From the NCBI GenBank assembly GCA_030704615.1, contig CM060734.1:37138001-37202000 (forward strand): a stretch of 64,000 nucleotides of DNA. Reading direction: 5' to 3'. Positions 1 through 11,745 of this stretch are shown here, piece after piece. The notes beneath the pieces were generated by a model, which saw nothing but the letters and a program-made list of their open reading frames with translations, had not been told where the DNA came from and did not search any database. The stretch's first letter is position 1. Each line of letters starts with the position of its first letter. A program made the position numbers and the translations under genes. Source of the DNA: Takakia lepidozioides. Lineage: Eukaryota > Plantae > Bryophyta.

Positions 1-669
1 AGATTGTATAGTTAACACATGGGTCAAAAGTAGGTAAGTTCCTGTGGTTGTATATGACATCTGTCTTGGTATTGGTTGTAAATGGTACAGACCCATTCAT
101 GTTCAAGAGCTTTTCATAAGAAGAATACCTTATTTCTGTGTCTTGCAAAGTTTTTGGTTAGCAAAGAAATGTTCAATCATGTGCTCCTTTTTCCCCTCCA
201 TGATTGTCACCTTTCCTAGGATTGTTGTACAAATTGAATTTACTCCTCAGGTTCCCTGAATGAAGTAGAATCACACTTATTTCCTACTCTTATCTTTTGG
301 CAATTTCAAACTACACATGCCTCTGAAGTCACAGCACATCATCTAAACATATCGAAGGACAGTAATCCACAAACCAGCACTTTTAAGTGCTTTCTCAGAT
401 GGCCCTTGTGTATGGAGAGTAAAGGCGATCACAATATATGGTCTGCAGTTTGTAAGGTGCCACTGGCAACTAATTGAACTCACCTCTCAGAGATACAACA
501 CTAAACCACAAAATGTTTACAGGGTTGGATTAGCAAGCTGGACTGGCAAGTACCACTGATGCTCTTTTGCTTTCAGCAGAGTGAATCCAAGAAATCGCGT
601 GGATGAAGTTAATTAATCAGAATGAATATATCACAAGAGCATGGCTATCTTTCTCCCCAAGACAAAGTG

Positions 670-3600
670 TCACTGAAAGGGGTTGAACAAAGGACTTGCC
701 ACCAAATTCAAGGAATTCTTCATCCGTGAAATGAGTTTGAAGGTCTCCTCAGCCTCCACTTGGCGCCGAGGATCACCTTGTGCCAGGGCTGAAGCGCGGT
801 CAGGGTGAAACCGTAGCAATGCCCGCTTGTATGCCGCATTGACCTACAGAAGATAAAATTGGACTATCAATGGAGTGAAAATATGAGCCCTTAGTCACTG
901 ACACTGCTATAACACAAATGAGAGACCGAGTTCATATCCGATGACACTTGAGAATCAGGTATAAATAGTCACATAATCATGTCAGCAGTATGATGATCAT
1001 TCTACCACAAAACACGAGTTTGGGATCATCAGTTGGTTTGAACTTCCACACAAGTTTAGCATTAGCTCACAGAGACCTTAAGATTTGTCACCCAACAAAA
1101 GACTATCGAGTACATGCCGATGGCCTGAATGTCCTAACCTACAACAAATGTTACTTTCAGGATAGCCGAAAGCATAGTACAACCAAGGTGAACAACATTC
1201 AAAGACAAGCAGACGAGACAAATGCCACCAAATCACCTGCTGTACAGTGGGATATGCTCCACCCTCAACAGAGATTCCTAGTCGACGAAGCAGAGAGGCC
1301 ATATCGATGCACCCAGATGCCAAGCGTTCAAGTTCTGTCCGAACTTGACCACGTACCTCCTCCTTCAACCCCATGTTCCATTCCTCCTACAGAATGTATC
1401 CAAGGGCACAAACAGGTTCTTTTCAGTCAGCAGACTTTCCCAATCTTGTGGATGTCATTGAAGGAGGGCACGTTTTCCAAGCAGTGTGGTCAAATCTCTC
1501 TTTCCAGTGTTATTTTCTTTGTTTGTTACATGCTAATCCCGTATGTCTGCATGCTGTGTGAGAACAGGCATGTAACCACCTTTCTGTAGACGTTATGAAG
1601 TTTTTCATTCTCTCTCTTTCTCTCTTGCTCTGTCACATCTATCTGTGGCTAGATTCTTAGCATACTTTCAAACATGACTTGTGAGGGCACAATCCCGTGG
1701 ACTGATTGTTGTCAGCTGTGTGTGAGCACCACGGAAATTGGGGACAAGTATGGTATACACCTGGTGAGCACCCCACAAATGGGGGTTTGTATGGTGGGTA
1801 CTACACCCTCAACAGTGTGTGATAGCCAACGTTCAAAAGAAACGATCCATGGATATATCCTTTCTCTCACTCTCTGACCACAAGCTGTGCACCAAATGTA
1901 CAGTCTCTGTCTTTCTGTGTCCAGAGTTTCTGTGGGTCCTACGGCCACCAGGCTACAGCAAGCAAAGACATGATTACACTGTCCTCTCTGGTAGCACTGC
2001 CAATCCAAGGACTTAACTATGATCGAGTGGTGAGTGCAGCAAGGTTTGCCAAATTTACAGAACCCAGGGATATTTTATGTGCTCAGCTTTCACATACATG
2101 CCCTCTTGCATGGCCATTAAAGTATGTTACCTTTTTTTGACTTTGTCGAATTTCTTCAAGCCGCTGTTTCTGCCGACTTTCCATCTCCATCTTGCGGTCT
2201 GCTTCAGCCCTTTTTCTCTTTCGAAGCCTCTGTACCTCCTGAGCCTGTTCTAGGTCAATTGCCACCAAAGGTTTCCAAAAGTCAACAGTACGGACAACAT
2301 GCGGTACATCATGCTTGTCAAGTGACATGGAGATTCATCAATCGAACATCTACCATACCATTACACATCTCAGTATACCAAGGTAGAAGACATACAACCA
2401 TAGCATATGAATGCACCAAAGCCAACTTCCAACTTGTGACAATATTGATTGCTGCAGTACACAAGATCATATTTCAATTGGTTTGTAGGATGTGGACATC
2501 TGTACACAGTTACCTGTCTCTGCAGCTCCAGCTGGCGGCGAGCCCACTCTTCCTCATCCGCTTGTTGAAATTCAGCTGTTTGTTTCATTTTCTCTCTCTC
2601 TCCAAGTAAGTTCTGGCCTGCCACAACTTCAGTCACTGCTTCGAAACCTGCACCTTCCCTTGCATTTGGGTCCCCAACCTCCTCAGGGTTTTGAACCCTG
2701 CTGTCTGCCGCACCTTGAAACTCATCAGCTTTACTCGTACTTGCTTTCTCAACATTATGAAAGAAATCTCTCCCTTTGGCCTGGTTCGCCATCCATGCAT
2801 GAGGACGCTCTGGCCCAACCCTTTTCTCTGTTCCCATAGCCACCTCTGCTACCCCTGACATCCTATCCACAAAAACTTTCAGAAGTTCAGCAGGATTTTC
2901 ACTAAATACTTTGGGGGTACTCAGGGAAACATTAGGGGACTGGTTCCCCCTAGCAAAGGAGGAACCGACCCCTGCTCCTTGCTCCTTACTTGCTCTTGCA
3001 TATGCTGTAGCCTCCCTACCAGTGTCCCCTCTACCTGTAGCAGGACCCTCAGAATCCGTTGATGTGGCAACACTCTCAGCTAGGCCCTGAGACGATGTTG
3101 GTCCCCATTGGGCTGTTTCGCGATCCCGTTGTGAGGACCATGGGGCTGCAGGCTCATTGCCTCTTGCTCCCTGGGAAGCATTACCCTTCCCCAAATTTGA
3201 TGGTTGGCCTCTGCCACCATCCCTGCTAGCTTTAGAATTCTCACTCTGCATAGCCCGGCCCATTCGACGCCTGAGAGCAGCGTCCTCCCACTGCCGGCGG
3301 ATATCCCCCTGTGAGCCTCCCATCACTTCAATGTCAGAAGAATCATTCTCTCTCTGCGCATGTTGGGTATTTTTCTGACCACATGCATTAGCATACTGTT
3401 CCTCCTCTACACGAACAGAGGGCCTACGGGTCCCCTGTCTCTGTGCCAGTGGTTGATTCCTTTGTGCTGGACGCCATCCCAAAACTTGGCAGTCATCATC
3501 ATCACTGTCTTCCTCAGAACTCGAAGACTCTGTGCTTGCATCACTTGACTTTCTTGCAGGTGGGATGCCTGCACAATACAATCACACCATTAACAAAGTC

Positions 3601-5784
3601 AGACCCTGAAAACAATTCCAATGAGGGAATGCAGATACCTGGCCGCACAAGGGCATCGAACTCTGGGTAAAAATTAATCCTGACACAAGGAGAAGAAAAA
3701 AGGAGAGCGGGCAAGACTACGCACCAGCTAGATGAGACATTTGAGGACCCTTCAAAGTTTGCATTTCAATTATTTTGTCGTCTATAAAACCCCCAACAGG
3801 ATGGGAGGTAAACAGAAAAACTCCCAAACCATGCAGGCAAAGAATCTGGAAATGTATGGTAAAGACATAAATGCAAATATGTGCTCTGCAACACAGCACC
3901 TGGTTCAGCAGCTCCCATGGGGACAGGTCTCATAGATCCCGCATCACTGTCCGTGTCATCATCGCTGTCCCCAGCATCCCCATCCTCCTCTTCATCCTCC
4001 TGATAGTAATTGTACTCATCATCATCATCATCCTCATCATCATCATCAATGACGACGATGCCGACATCTGGAGCCAGCCTGTAGCTCGTGCCCTCTCTGA
4101 GCTTCTCCGCAACTGGACTCCTGGCCCTTGAAAGATTCTCTCTTGCTGCTTCTGTGTGTGTTTGACTTACACCAGCACTTGGAGCCATTTGACTGCTTAT
4201 ACCAATTAGGGGTTCCACAGGAAAACACTGGAACCCTCCCTGTAAGGTTGCGCTTTTCTGTTGACTTTGCTCATAAACACCACCTGCAGTGTTGCTTGGA
4301 CTGTCCGTTTCTTTCTCCATGGCCACATAAGTTTTGCTTAATGCCTCTATGCTTTCTAGCTCTTTGTCAAGTGATTCACTAAAATCCACCTGAGCAGCTT
4401 TCCCACTGTTACTGGCAGTAGCAGGTGGCCTTTCCATAGCCAAACCCCCATCCCAAAAGATATTTCCTATGAAGATTTCTCGCTCCTCCTTGCATCTCCT
4501 CGGCCTGTGCAAATCTCCCATACCAACATCTGTAGCCTCCCATTTGCCTGGGGCATCCACAGATGGATGCACAAAACTCTCAAAATCCTCTCTTAATTCG
4601 TTTATTCTTGCTTCCTCCTGCCCAGATGGTTCAGCCCGAGATGTCCATTCCCAAGGTCCATGACCATACCTCTCCTCTCCAATTTGTCTGATGTTGACTG
4701 ACTCTGCTCCTTGATCTAGCTCAACAGTTGGTATTGTATTCACTTTCTGACCTGGAACTTGCGACGCACTCTGCAGAGCTGTTGCATTGGACAAAACCTG
4801 TTGTGGCACTGCCGTTGCAGATCCACCCACTTGCCAAACTGGTTGGTTATCTGGCAACCTAGCTTCTTGCTGAGGTGGTACATCTAACCAATCATGGCAC
4901 AGTTCAATACTATCACACCCTTCCGGCCTTTCCATCATCCTTTCAAGGTAAGAACCCTCCAATAGTATTTCTAGAGCTTCTGTACCATCCAAGTCTTGCT
5001 CACATCTTGCATCCCCATCTACTTGCAGCAAACCCTGGTCTCCACCCTCTTGTGAGTCCAGCTCAAAGAGGGCTCCAGCAGGCTCTAACCCTCCACCATG
5101 GTTGGCTTTTAACGAGAACCCAGCATCGGCAGTATGCTGAGGGGGAGTTCCGTCACTTTCGCTAACTGGGGCGACCTGTTCTCCCTCTGCATCTCCACTA
5201 TCTGATGTGTCACTCTGAAAATTCGCCCACCTTGTTTCTTTCAAAAGTGATTCCTCCTTGATCCCAGCCCTATTTATAGCCCCTACTTCTTCAACATATT
5301 CTGGGACCAAAAACAATGGTGTCTGCTTGCAATCCCCGCCTTTAAAGTTCTCTTGTGAACCTGTCCAATTCCCTCCTTGAAAACCTGTCACCCCACCAGC
5401 TGACGATACTCCATCCGTGACCCGCGACTCTTTAAGGAGAGATGGATGGGCTGCAACTTTGCACACTTTCACTGCGTTTGCAACCCCACTGCAACACATC
5501 TCCTCTGGGGTTTTGCAAGCCCTGAATCTAGACTTACTTTCCCAAACATGAAGACTTCTGTCTGGAAATTGCCCGCCAGAATCAGCAACTTTGACCTCCA
5601 CATAAGCATCTGGAGGTGTCGAAGGAGAGAGACCAAGATCTGTTGCAGGTAACGGTATCTCCCCCAAAGTTGCTCTCATGGGAAAATCAAAGGGGTGCTC
5701 ACAACGGTGCAACAGAATCTCCCCACACCGCCCTCGTACTCTCATTATCCCCTCAGGCACATGAAGGCTTGCATGCGATGCCAT
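670..5784 (-). CDS. Long acidic/disordered protein with C-terminal coiled coil and J-domain (DnaJ-like, HPD motif), about 1125 aa; exons 5784-3900, 3568-2514, 2244-2131, 1386-1237, 843-670
   Basis: ORFs 3766..5856, 2370..3581, 2083..2328 and 1078..1374 join in frame through GT-AG introns (total 3378 nt). The last exon, read manually, is VNAAYKRALLRFHPDRASALAQGDPRRQVEAEETFKLISRMK...Q*. The C-terminal EREKMKQT..EEEWARRQ..AQEVQRLRKRKRAE..CIDMASLLRRLGI block matches a conserved plant J-domain family as I recall it. The start codon is the least certain part. Confidence 0.85.
3955..4058 (-). repeat. Imperfect (TCA/TCC)n trinucleotide tract encoding a poly-Asp/Glu run in the J-domain gene
   Basis: tcatcatcatcatcatcctcatcatcatca; translates as DDDDEDDDDDEYNYYQEDEEEDGD. 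Confidence 0.9.
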
Positions 5785-7260
5785 CTCACAGCTCCTCCAA
5801 CTGCTCCTATCTGACTTGGGGTGCCCCACATTTGATCTTCCAGAGTGTCTTGTCAAACTGGTACTCCAATGTCACGATTTAAGGTCTCCATGCAGAGCAC
5901 CTGCTTAAGAAAAAGACAGAGGGACAAAGAGATGAACTACTGGATTTCTCATAATCTAGTGATTGAAACTCCTGCAGAATGTGACCCTTCTAAGGCAGGA
6001 GTGGTGTTCTCACCCGTCAGGGACGGAGAGAGCCAAGATGGTGGACGGGATGGACAGCACTTGCCAATCTGACCTTTAGAACAAGAGAAAACAAGGGACG
6101 GATTTCATTGTACTAACTGAAACGTACCACATGTGAGTTTACAGGCAGTTCTCTACACAAGGCCTAAGTTTTCCTGACAAGCTTAGCAATTAGGGATACT
6201 TTGACAAACCTGCTAGTTGTGTACCAGAAGCTATGAAGTCTTGCCGAGGGTACATACTCACTGGACCCTTACTGTAACTAGTATCTTTAAGCTTCAAGTA
6301 GCAAAAGTTTCCTTAAGACATCATGCCTTGATTGGATAATGGCCACAATCTCTAGAAGTGCCCTATCTATGTTAGGCAGACGAAACCTCAGATCCAGGAG
6401 TATAAGCGCCTGAAGAAAACTAAGGCTCAAATCCGAACATATTGCTCTTAAAAAGTATAATCCATGCAAAGGTTCTTCAAATCCGAGGAAGACCAAAATC
6501 AAATCATAATTGCCAAAAGGTTGATAAGAGATCTGTTGCCTGTCAGTGGTCTAGCAATATATTTGAGCTTGAAAACACAGCCTCTCTCTCTCTGTCTCTC
6601 TCTTCTATAGCTGACTAAGTAGTCGGGCGGTGCTGCAGCCTAAGGTCAATTAGTAGTCTCTAAATTACAAAATCACTTCGTTCTACAAAATCAACAATCC
6701 ATATAATGTGATTCTAAGGTATCATGAGGTTATAAAATCCAAAGACCTGTACGTGAAGCAGAGATTAGGATGACCACAGCAGTGACAACAAACAACACAA
6801 TTGGGAAAGCCGAACCTAATGATGAAGTCCCTGTGTGGGAGATGAAGCGAATCCAGACGGACAGAAGAACGAAAGAGAGAGCGGGAGAAGGAGAGGAACT
6901 AAGAGTATCCCCCACCTCGATAACACGCCAAGCCATTGCCGCCACTAACCCTACCCGGGGAAAATCTCACCTGATGCAGAACACCACGCACAGGTGAATG
7001 AAAGATCATCAGTGAAGACAGGAGAAACAAAAGAAACCAGAAGAGAAGAAATTTCAGCACAAATTTGACAAATCTGCAAGAAAACAAGCAGCGATTATCA
7101 TCATACCTGCTCCATATTACACGCCCCGCACAGAAAACGGCTACCACACAACTTCAACGCAAACAAAACCAAAGTGGCAGAGTAATTTGAGACAGTGCTG
7201 CCCCTATCCACACCCAAGGGGAGGATCGTGCTCGGTGACACAAGAAGACGAGAGGAGAAG
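5785..7260 (-). other. Probable 5' UTR of the J-domain gene, with an intron (6970-5901) and a 12-aa uORF (5891-5853)
   Basis: Minus-strand donor CAG|GTGAGA at 6970, acceptor TTAAGCAG| at 5901, CT-rich leader near 7240-7265, uORF METLNRDIGVPV*. Confidence 0.5.
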
Positions 7261-9399
7261 AATCTGTGAACGAAGACCTAAGCTTAAGCTAACCCGCCTG
7301 GCCCGAGGTACCCTAGTATAATCAGCAGATTAGTCACTAATCAGACCTAACCACCACTAATAATTCACTAATCACTCACTCATCAACACCGCGAACGTCT
7401 TTAGCCCCCTAAATGAGAGGAGGTTAGTGAACGAGTAAATGTATCGTTCTTCATCACGACGTTTTCGTCCAGATCTGTGATATTTATCGTTCAACATCTC
7501 GCCGCTCAAACACTGGACCAGATCTCCATTTGCGGTGTTCGGTGATCAATTCTATGGAGTTTGAAGATCCATGGTGAAGCATACCTTGATCTGCTGTTAA
7601 CCTGACAGAAGGGAAATGTGATGTGCAAGACCTATCTGATGGAAGCTGTGACATTACCCGGAGATGGTTGAGGAAACCCTAGAGGGGAACAGGATATCCG
7701 TGCTCTCCCGACCTTTCAGTTGATCATTTGTAATGCTGCATGACTCTGTCTCTGTGCTGCAGGTGTATGGTTTCGCAAGGTAAAAGCTTCCTGAAGGCTG
7801 TTGTGATGGTCATCTCTTTCCTCAGAATTGGCTATAGGAGGCAGTTGCAGGTCTGAAATCTTCCGGTCAGCAGCTTGGATGAAGCAACCGTATCATTAAG
7901 ATCCACTTCCCATAGCGATCTACAAGTGTCAAGTGCTTTTGCCTTTTTCTCCCTCTTGTCTTGTAGGGGTATGGGACATTGTCTATTCATGGCATCTTTT
8001 CTTTCTCATGTATCTGACTCTTCTGTGTATATCTTTGCAACAACAATTGACCATGCATGAAGATAATCTGGGGCGGCGTTATGCAGGGCTTGGACAGATG
8101 ACAACCAGTGTGGAGCAGGTGTGGGACCATCCATGATCTGAATGACTTTTGACATAAACTGAGACATCCCTAATTTGACACATCTCTTCATTGCATGTAC
8201 TCGGACTTCTGCCGTGTCCCAAACCATCAGGGTTTGGATACTCGGCATATTCTTACAGTGCACTTGTATGATGTCTTTTTCAAAAGGAAGCAGAACCACC
8301 TCAGAACCATTTCAACACTGATGCGTACAACCAGCCTGCGCAAGTTGAGCAGTCTGTGTGGCCGCACTGATGTGACATACAGACTTACTTACAATGATCC
8401 TCCCTGTTGCAACGATGGTGTAAGTATGGGCGGAAGCAGGCTGGAAGGGCGGGGTAAGGCCCAGCAGCTGGTGCCAAAATGTCAATAGCATTCTACCCAT
8501 GGGATTCGAATCCCCTGGTGTTCATTTGCAGCTCGTCTCATTCGGCGACTTGGTTGTTCCAGAGGCTCACTACCTAGCATATAAGAATGGTTATTGTCAC
8601 GACATCCAGTCCACCGTGACATTAGGGTTTCATTAGTGATTGTGGGCTCAAAATCACATAAATGTGTTGAATGTCACAAAGGTGTGCAGTGTCCACCTTT
8701 CCATCAGAAGGTTCACTTAGCCCTTTTAGCCTTTCAGGATCAACAGAGCCTTGGGGTAACTTACCCCAAAGAGTATTTTAACCAAGTTCAACCATTTCAA
8801 ACCTATCCTATGTTCAAGTTCAACCCCAGAGATAGGTCACTTTGGATAGCTCTAAGTCTACTCCCGTTAGCAAGCTCTAATTTACTGAGAAGAAGCTGCA
8901 CAGGGGGATTAGATAGGGAGATGATATCGTGATTGGGCTTGGCTGATTATGGTGAACCCTCTGTAGGACAAAGAGAAACAGAACTCAAAATTGGAGAACC
9001 TGATTCCAAAAGACGAATAGGCATCATTACAGTTTAGTGTTTGCACCAGTGTATACAAAACTCTCACGTTTGTTTGCTTGGAATGTGCAGTCCAAGCTAA
9101 TGATCACAGGAAACTTTTCATATTGAGCTGGGAACCTTGCATGTAAGTTTATCAGCTCTAGAAGAAGTCTACAAAGTGCGTTCACAATTTCCACCATTTG
9201 GAATTTGTCCATGATCACGGGTGGCCGAGGGTGGCTAGCAGAAGTAAAACGTTCCTCTACTATCACTAGTTCAGACTATATCATAACACAACTACGCATA
9301 GTGCGGGAATCTGTCTAATCCGCCCAACAGCCACACCATGCATCTATCAAATTAAGCAATCAATGAATCAATGGTATCAATCTATCAATCTATCTCAAA

Positions 9400-10367
9400 G
9401 TCTGTCTATCAATCCTGAAGCTATGTTCTACTTGAAAACTCCTCCTCCTTATGTAGGCAGTCCCCGGCTGCTCCTTCAGTGCAACCTGCAGGTACCCATA
9501 AATATCCACTCACATATATCAATCTGGAAAAAGAGTTCAATAGAGGGTTAACACCACTCCTTCCATCAATATCAATACAAATATTGTATCCCCGTAGAAT
9601 GTATATCTTCGTTACCTTAAACAGTGCTTTACCAATTAAGATAACTGGATTTTCGCCATCATTAGCCTTGCCCAGTATATTATTGGACAAATCGATCCAT
9701 GGTCGATTTATGCACCACCCACCTGGGATAAAGCACTAAATCAAACACCATCCAACTTAGCAATGCTAAGTTAATATCTTGGTCTAAAACCGTTATATCC
9801 AACAGGTGAAGATAGAGGTATTCCTCGTCCGGAGCTTCTCCCGGAGTCACCTGTTCTCGAGCATGCTCCAATGCTTGAGATTTTGCAGGAGATTTCACCT
9901 CCTTGTACTTGAGAGGGGTTTGTGGGTTTGCGATCAACTCGCACTGGTGCAGCTGTGGCTGCTGCCATGATCTTCGCAAAGCCTGGTAATACATTGATCA
10001 CAATATCATATTCATATAAACTGGCATGTAATAGAAGGTAACCTCAAGCGAAGGCATAACAAAAGAACACCATCTACTAGGGTACGGCTCAGACTTACAT
10101 TTGGATTTAGGAGTTTGATTGTAGCAAGTTCGGCTTTCCTCTATGAGCATCTTCACTAACTCATCGTCGCTCATGGAGGTCCACTGCATTCATAATACAA
10201 AAACTTCTTCAGCATTGTTTAGTTATCTGCAATCATGTGTGGAGTCAACATGTAATTAATGGACTTCAAGTGTGATATGTGCTTACAAGTTCGGAATCAT
10301 CCTTGTAATCCTCCTTCTTGTATAGGGTGTGCGCTTGGTCCCATCCCTTAATCAAAATGAAGTTTTC
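9400..10367 (-). CDS. Unrecognised spliced gene (orphan family, copy 1); exons 10367-10287, 10183-10099, 9982-~9792, with possible further exons to ~9400
   Basis: GTAAGC and GTAAGT donors, AG acceptors, and phases that join in frame: ENFILIKGWDQAHTLYKKEDYKDDSEL|WTSMSDDELVKMLIEESRTCYNQTPKSK|CFAKIMAAATAAPVRVDRK...; homologous exons recur at 17326-17599 and 16367-16839. Both ends are uncertain. Confidence 0.45.
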
Positions 10368-10924
10368 CTAGATCTCCGTCTATCCTTTTCAATTTGAAGC
10401 TTCTGTACATGTATATATAGTCCCTATTATGACTGGTGCCTAAATTGTTTGGGTGGGCACAGGTAGGATCTGCAACTAGGTGCTTCTCGCTAACCCAACA
10501 TCGTGCATGACGACGTACCCACCAATCTTCTTTTTGGCACCCGTCATAATAGCTAGGGATACTTTAAAGACGGCAGCTTCAAAATGGGAAGTATAGAGAT
10601 TTAGGCAAGCTGCAATTCTCCCCTCTCGCGCAAGAGATTAGAGATTGTCCTTGAAGCTAGGATACAATCTACATGCAAGAGCAAGTGCACAAGGAAACAT
10701 AAAGCAGCTTAATGCCGCCTGAAGCCGCCATGATCCTCGCTAAACCTGCCTATAGATGCGATCCATGAGAAGATGATCACTTGGAAAGTTACTAAAGCTA
10801 ATTATGTACAATGATCATTAACATGCAAGCTGAGATAAAACCAGGCTGACAAAGAAGCTTGAAGACACCCTGCAAGAGTCTGTCCTCCAAAGAGTGCGCC
10901 TCCACACTACAAAGCAGCCTCATC

Positions 10925-10936
10925 TTTTTATATAGG
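10925..10936 (-). promoter_or_regulatory. TATA box upstream of orphan gene copy 1
   Basis: Minus strand CCTATATAAAAAG lies just upstream of a leader that is conserved in the paralog at 16850-17035. Confidence 0.5.
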
Positions 10937-11447
10937 CCGTTCCCGGACTGAGCACGCTCTGCACGAGGCTACCGAGGCTACCGCGCTCCTTCCGGGAACG
11001 TCCCGCTCCTCGAGCCTTACACAGCAAACAATTTTTTACGCATGGACGGCTTAGTTTGAATCTAACGGACGGTGAAAAGCTCACCAATCTCGTCTCAGTA
11101 AGTCCCATTAACTTACAGCTAGTAATTTCTCTGAACAAGGAACCTGGATGTACCTGGCCCGACTGTTCAGAGAATATTTAGAGCACCTTTAAGATTCTCT
11201 AGAATATATTCCCTTTAATATTCGGATTGCTTTATTTATTATTATGATTATTTCCATGAGAGTACTATTCATCCAACGAGCTAACTATTCTGGATGATCG
11301 GACAGACGGAACTCCGTCGTCCGAGTTGCTTGACATTTAAAAAGTTCAATCACTTATTTCATGTTGTGCAGATGGATGAAAACTGTCTAAATTGACCCCT
11401 AAGGATAATGGATGAACGTAGTGTTCATCCAAACTCCAGCTTTTGAC

Positions 11448-11745
11448 TGCGCCTGATGTTTCAGCGGGTGCCCGGTGTTGTGGAGCTCCGCTGGAGAGAA
11501 TGTGCAGACGGGTGCGTACGGAAGAGCTTTAGGAATGCGTGGTCCTGTGCATCGCTGCAGACGAGATTAGGGTACCATAGCTCGCGATATGGCAGCCATT
11601 ATGCGGGAGCGCTGCGTTGCTCAACTTGTAGTGCGAGACATAGTTGCGCTTAAGTGGTATGCTCATGGAGTGTATATTGCGAGAGATGATCCTGCTCTTT
11701 TCGTGATTTGCTATGCGCGCGGTCTTTTACGTTTCATCCAGGTCG
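11448..11745 (+). other. Highly conserved duplicated segment containing a 65-aa ORF (11456-11653) and ending at a splice-donor-like site; candidate first exon of a plus-strand transcript
   Basis: Near-identical to 23423-23725; ORF has the same length in both copies with two amino-acid differences; TCCAG|GT donor at the equivalent position in three copies (11741, 23722, 24155). Confidence 0.4.

Noticed and set aside
16-34. cacatgggtcaaaagtagg resembles the reverse complement of the 61582 terminus
   Set aside because: Imperfect and short, and it would enclose conserved host genes; likely chance.
990-1589. 199-aa plus-strand ORF
   Set aside because: Antisense to an exon and introns of the J-domain gene, with no recognisable motif.
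8500-8520. gggattcgaatccc, a tRNA T-loop/B-box-like palindrome
   Set aside because: No A box or cloverleaf around it.
8595-8640. TGTCACG start resembling a gypsy LTR
   Set aside because: No matching second LTR, PBS or coding remnants.
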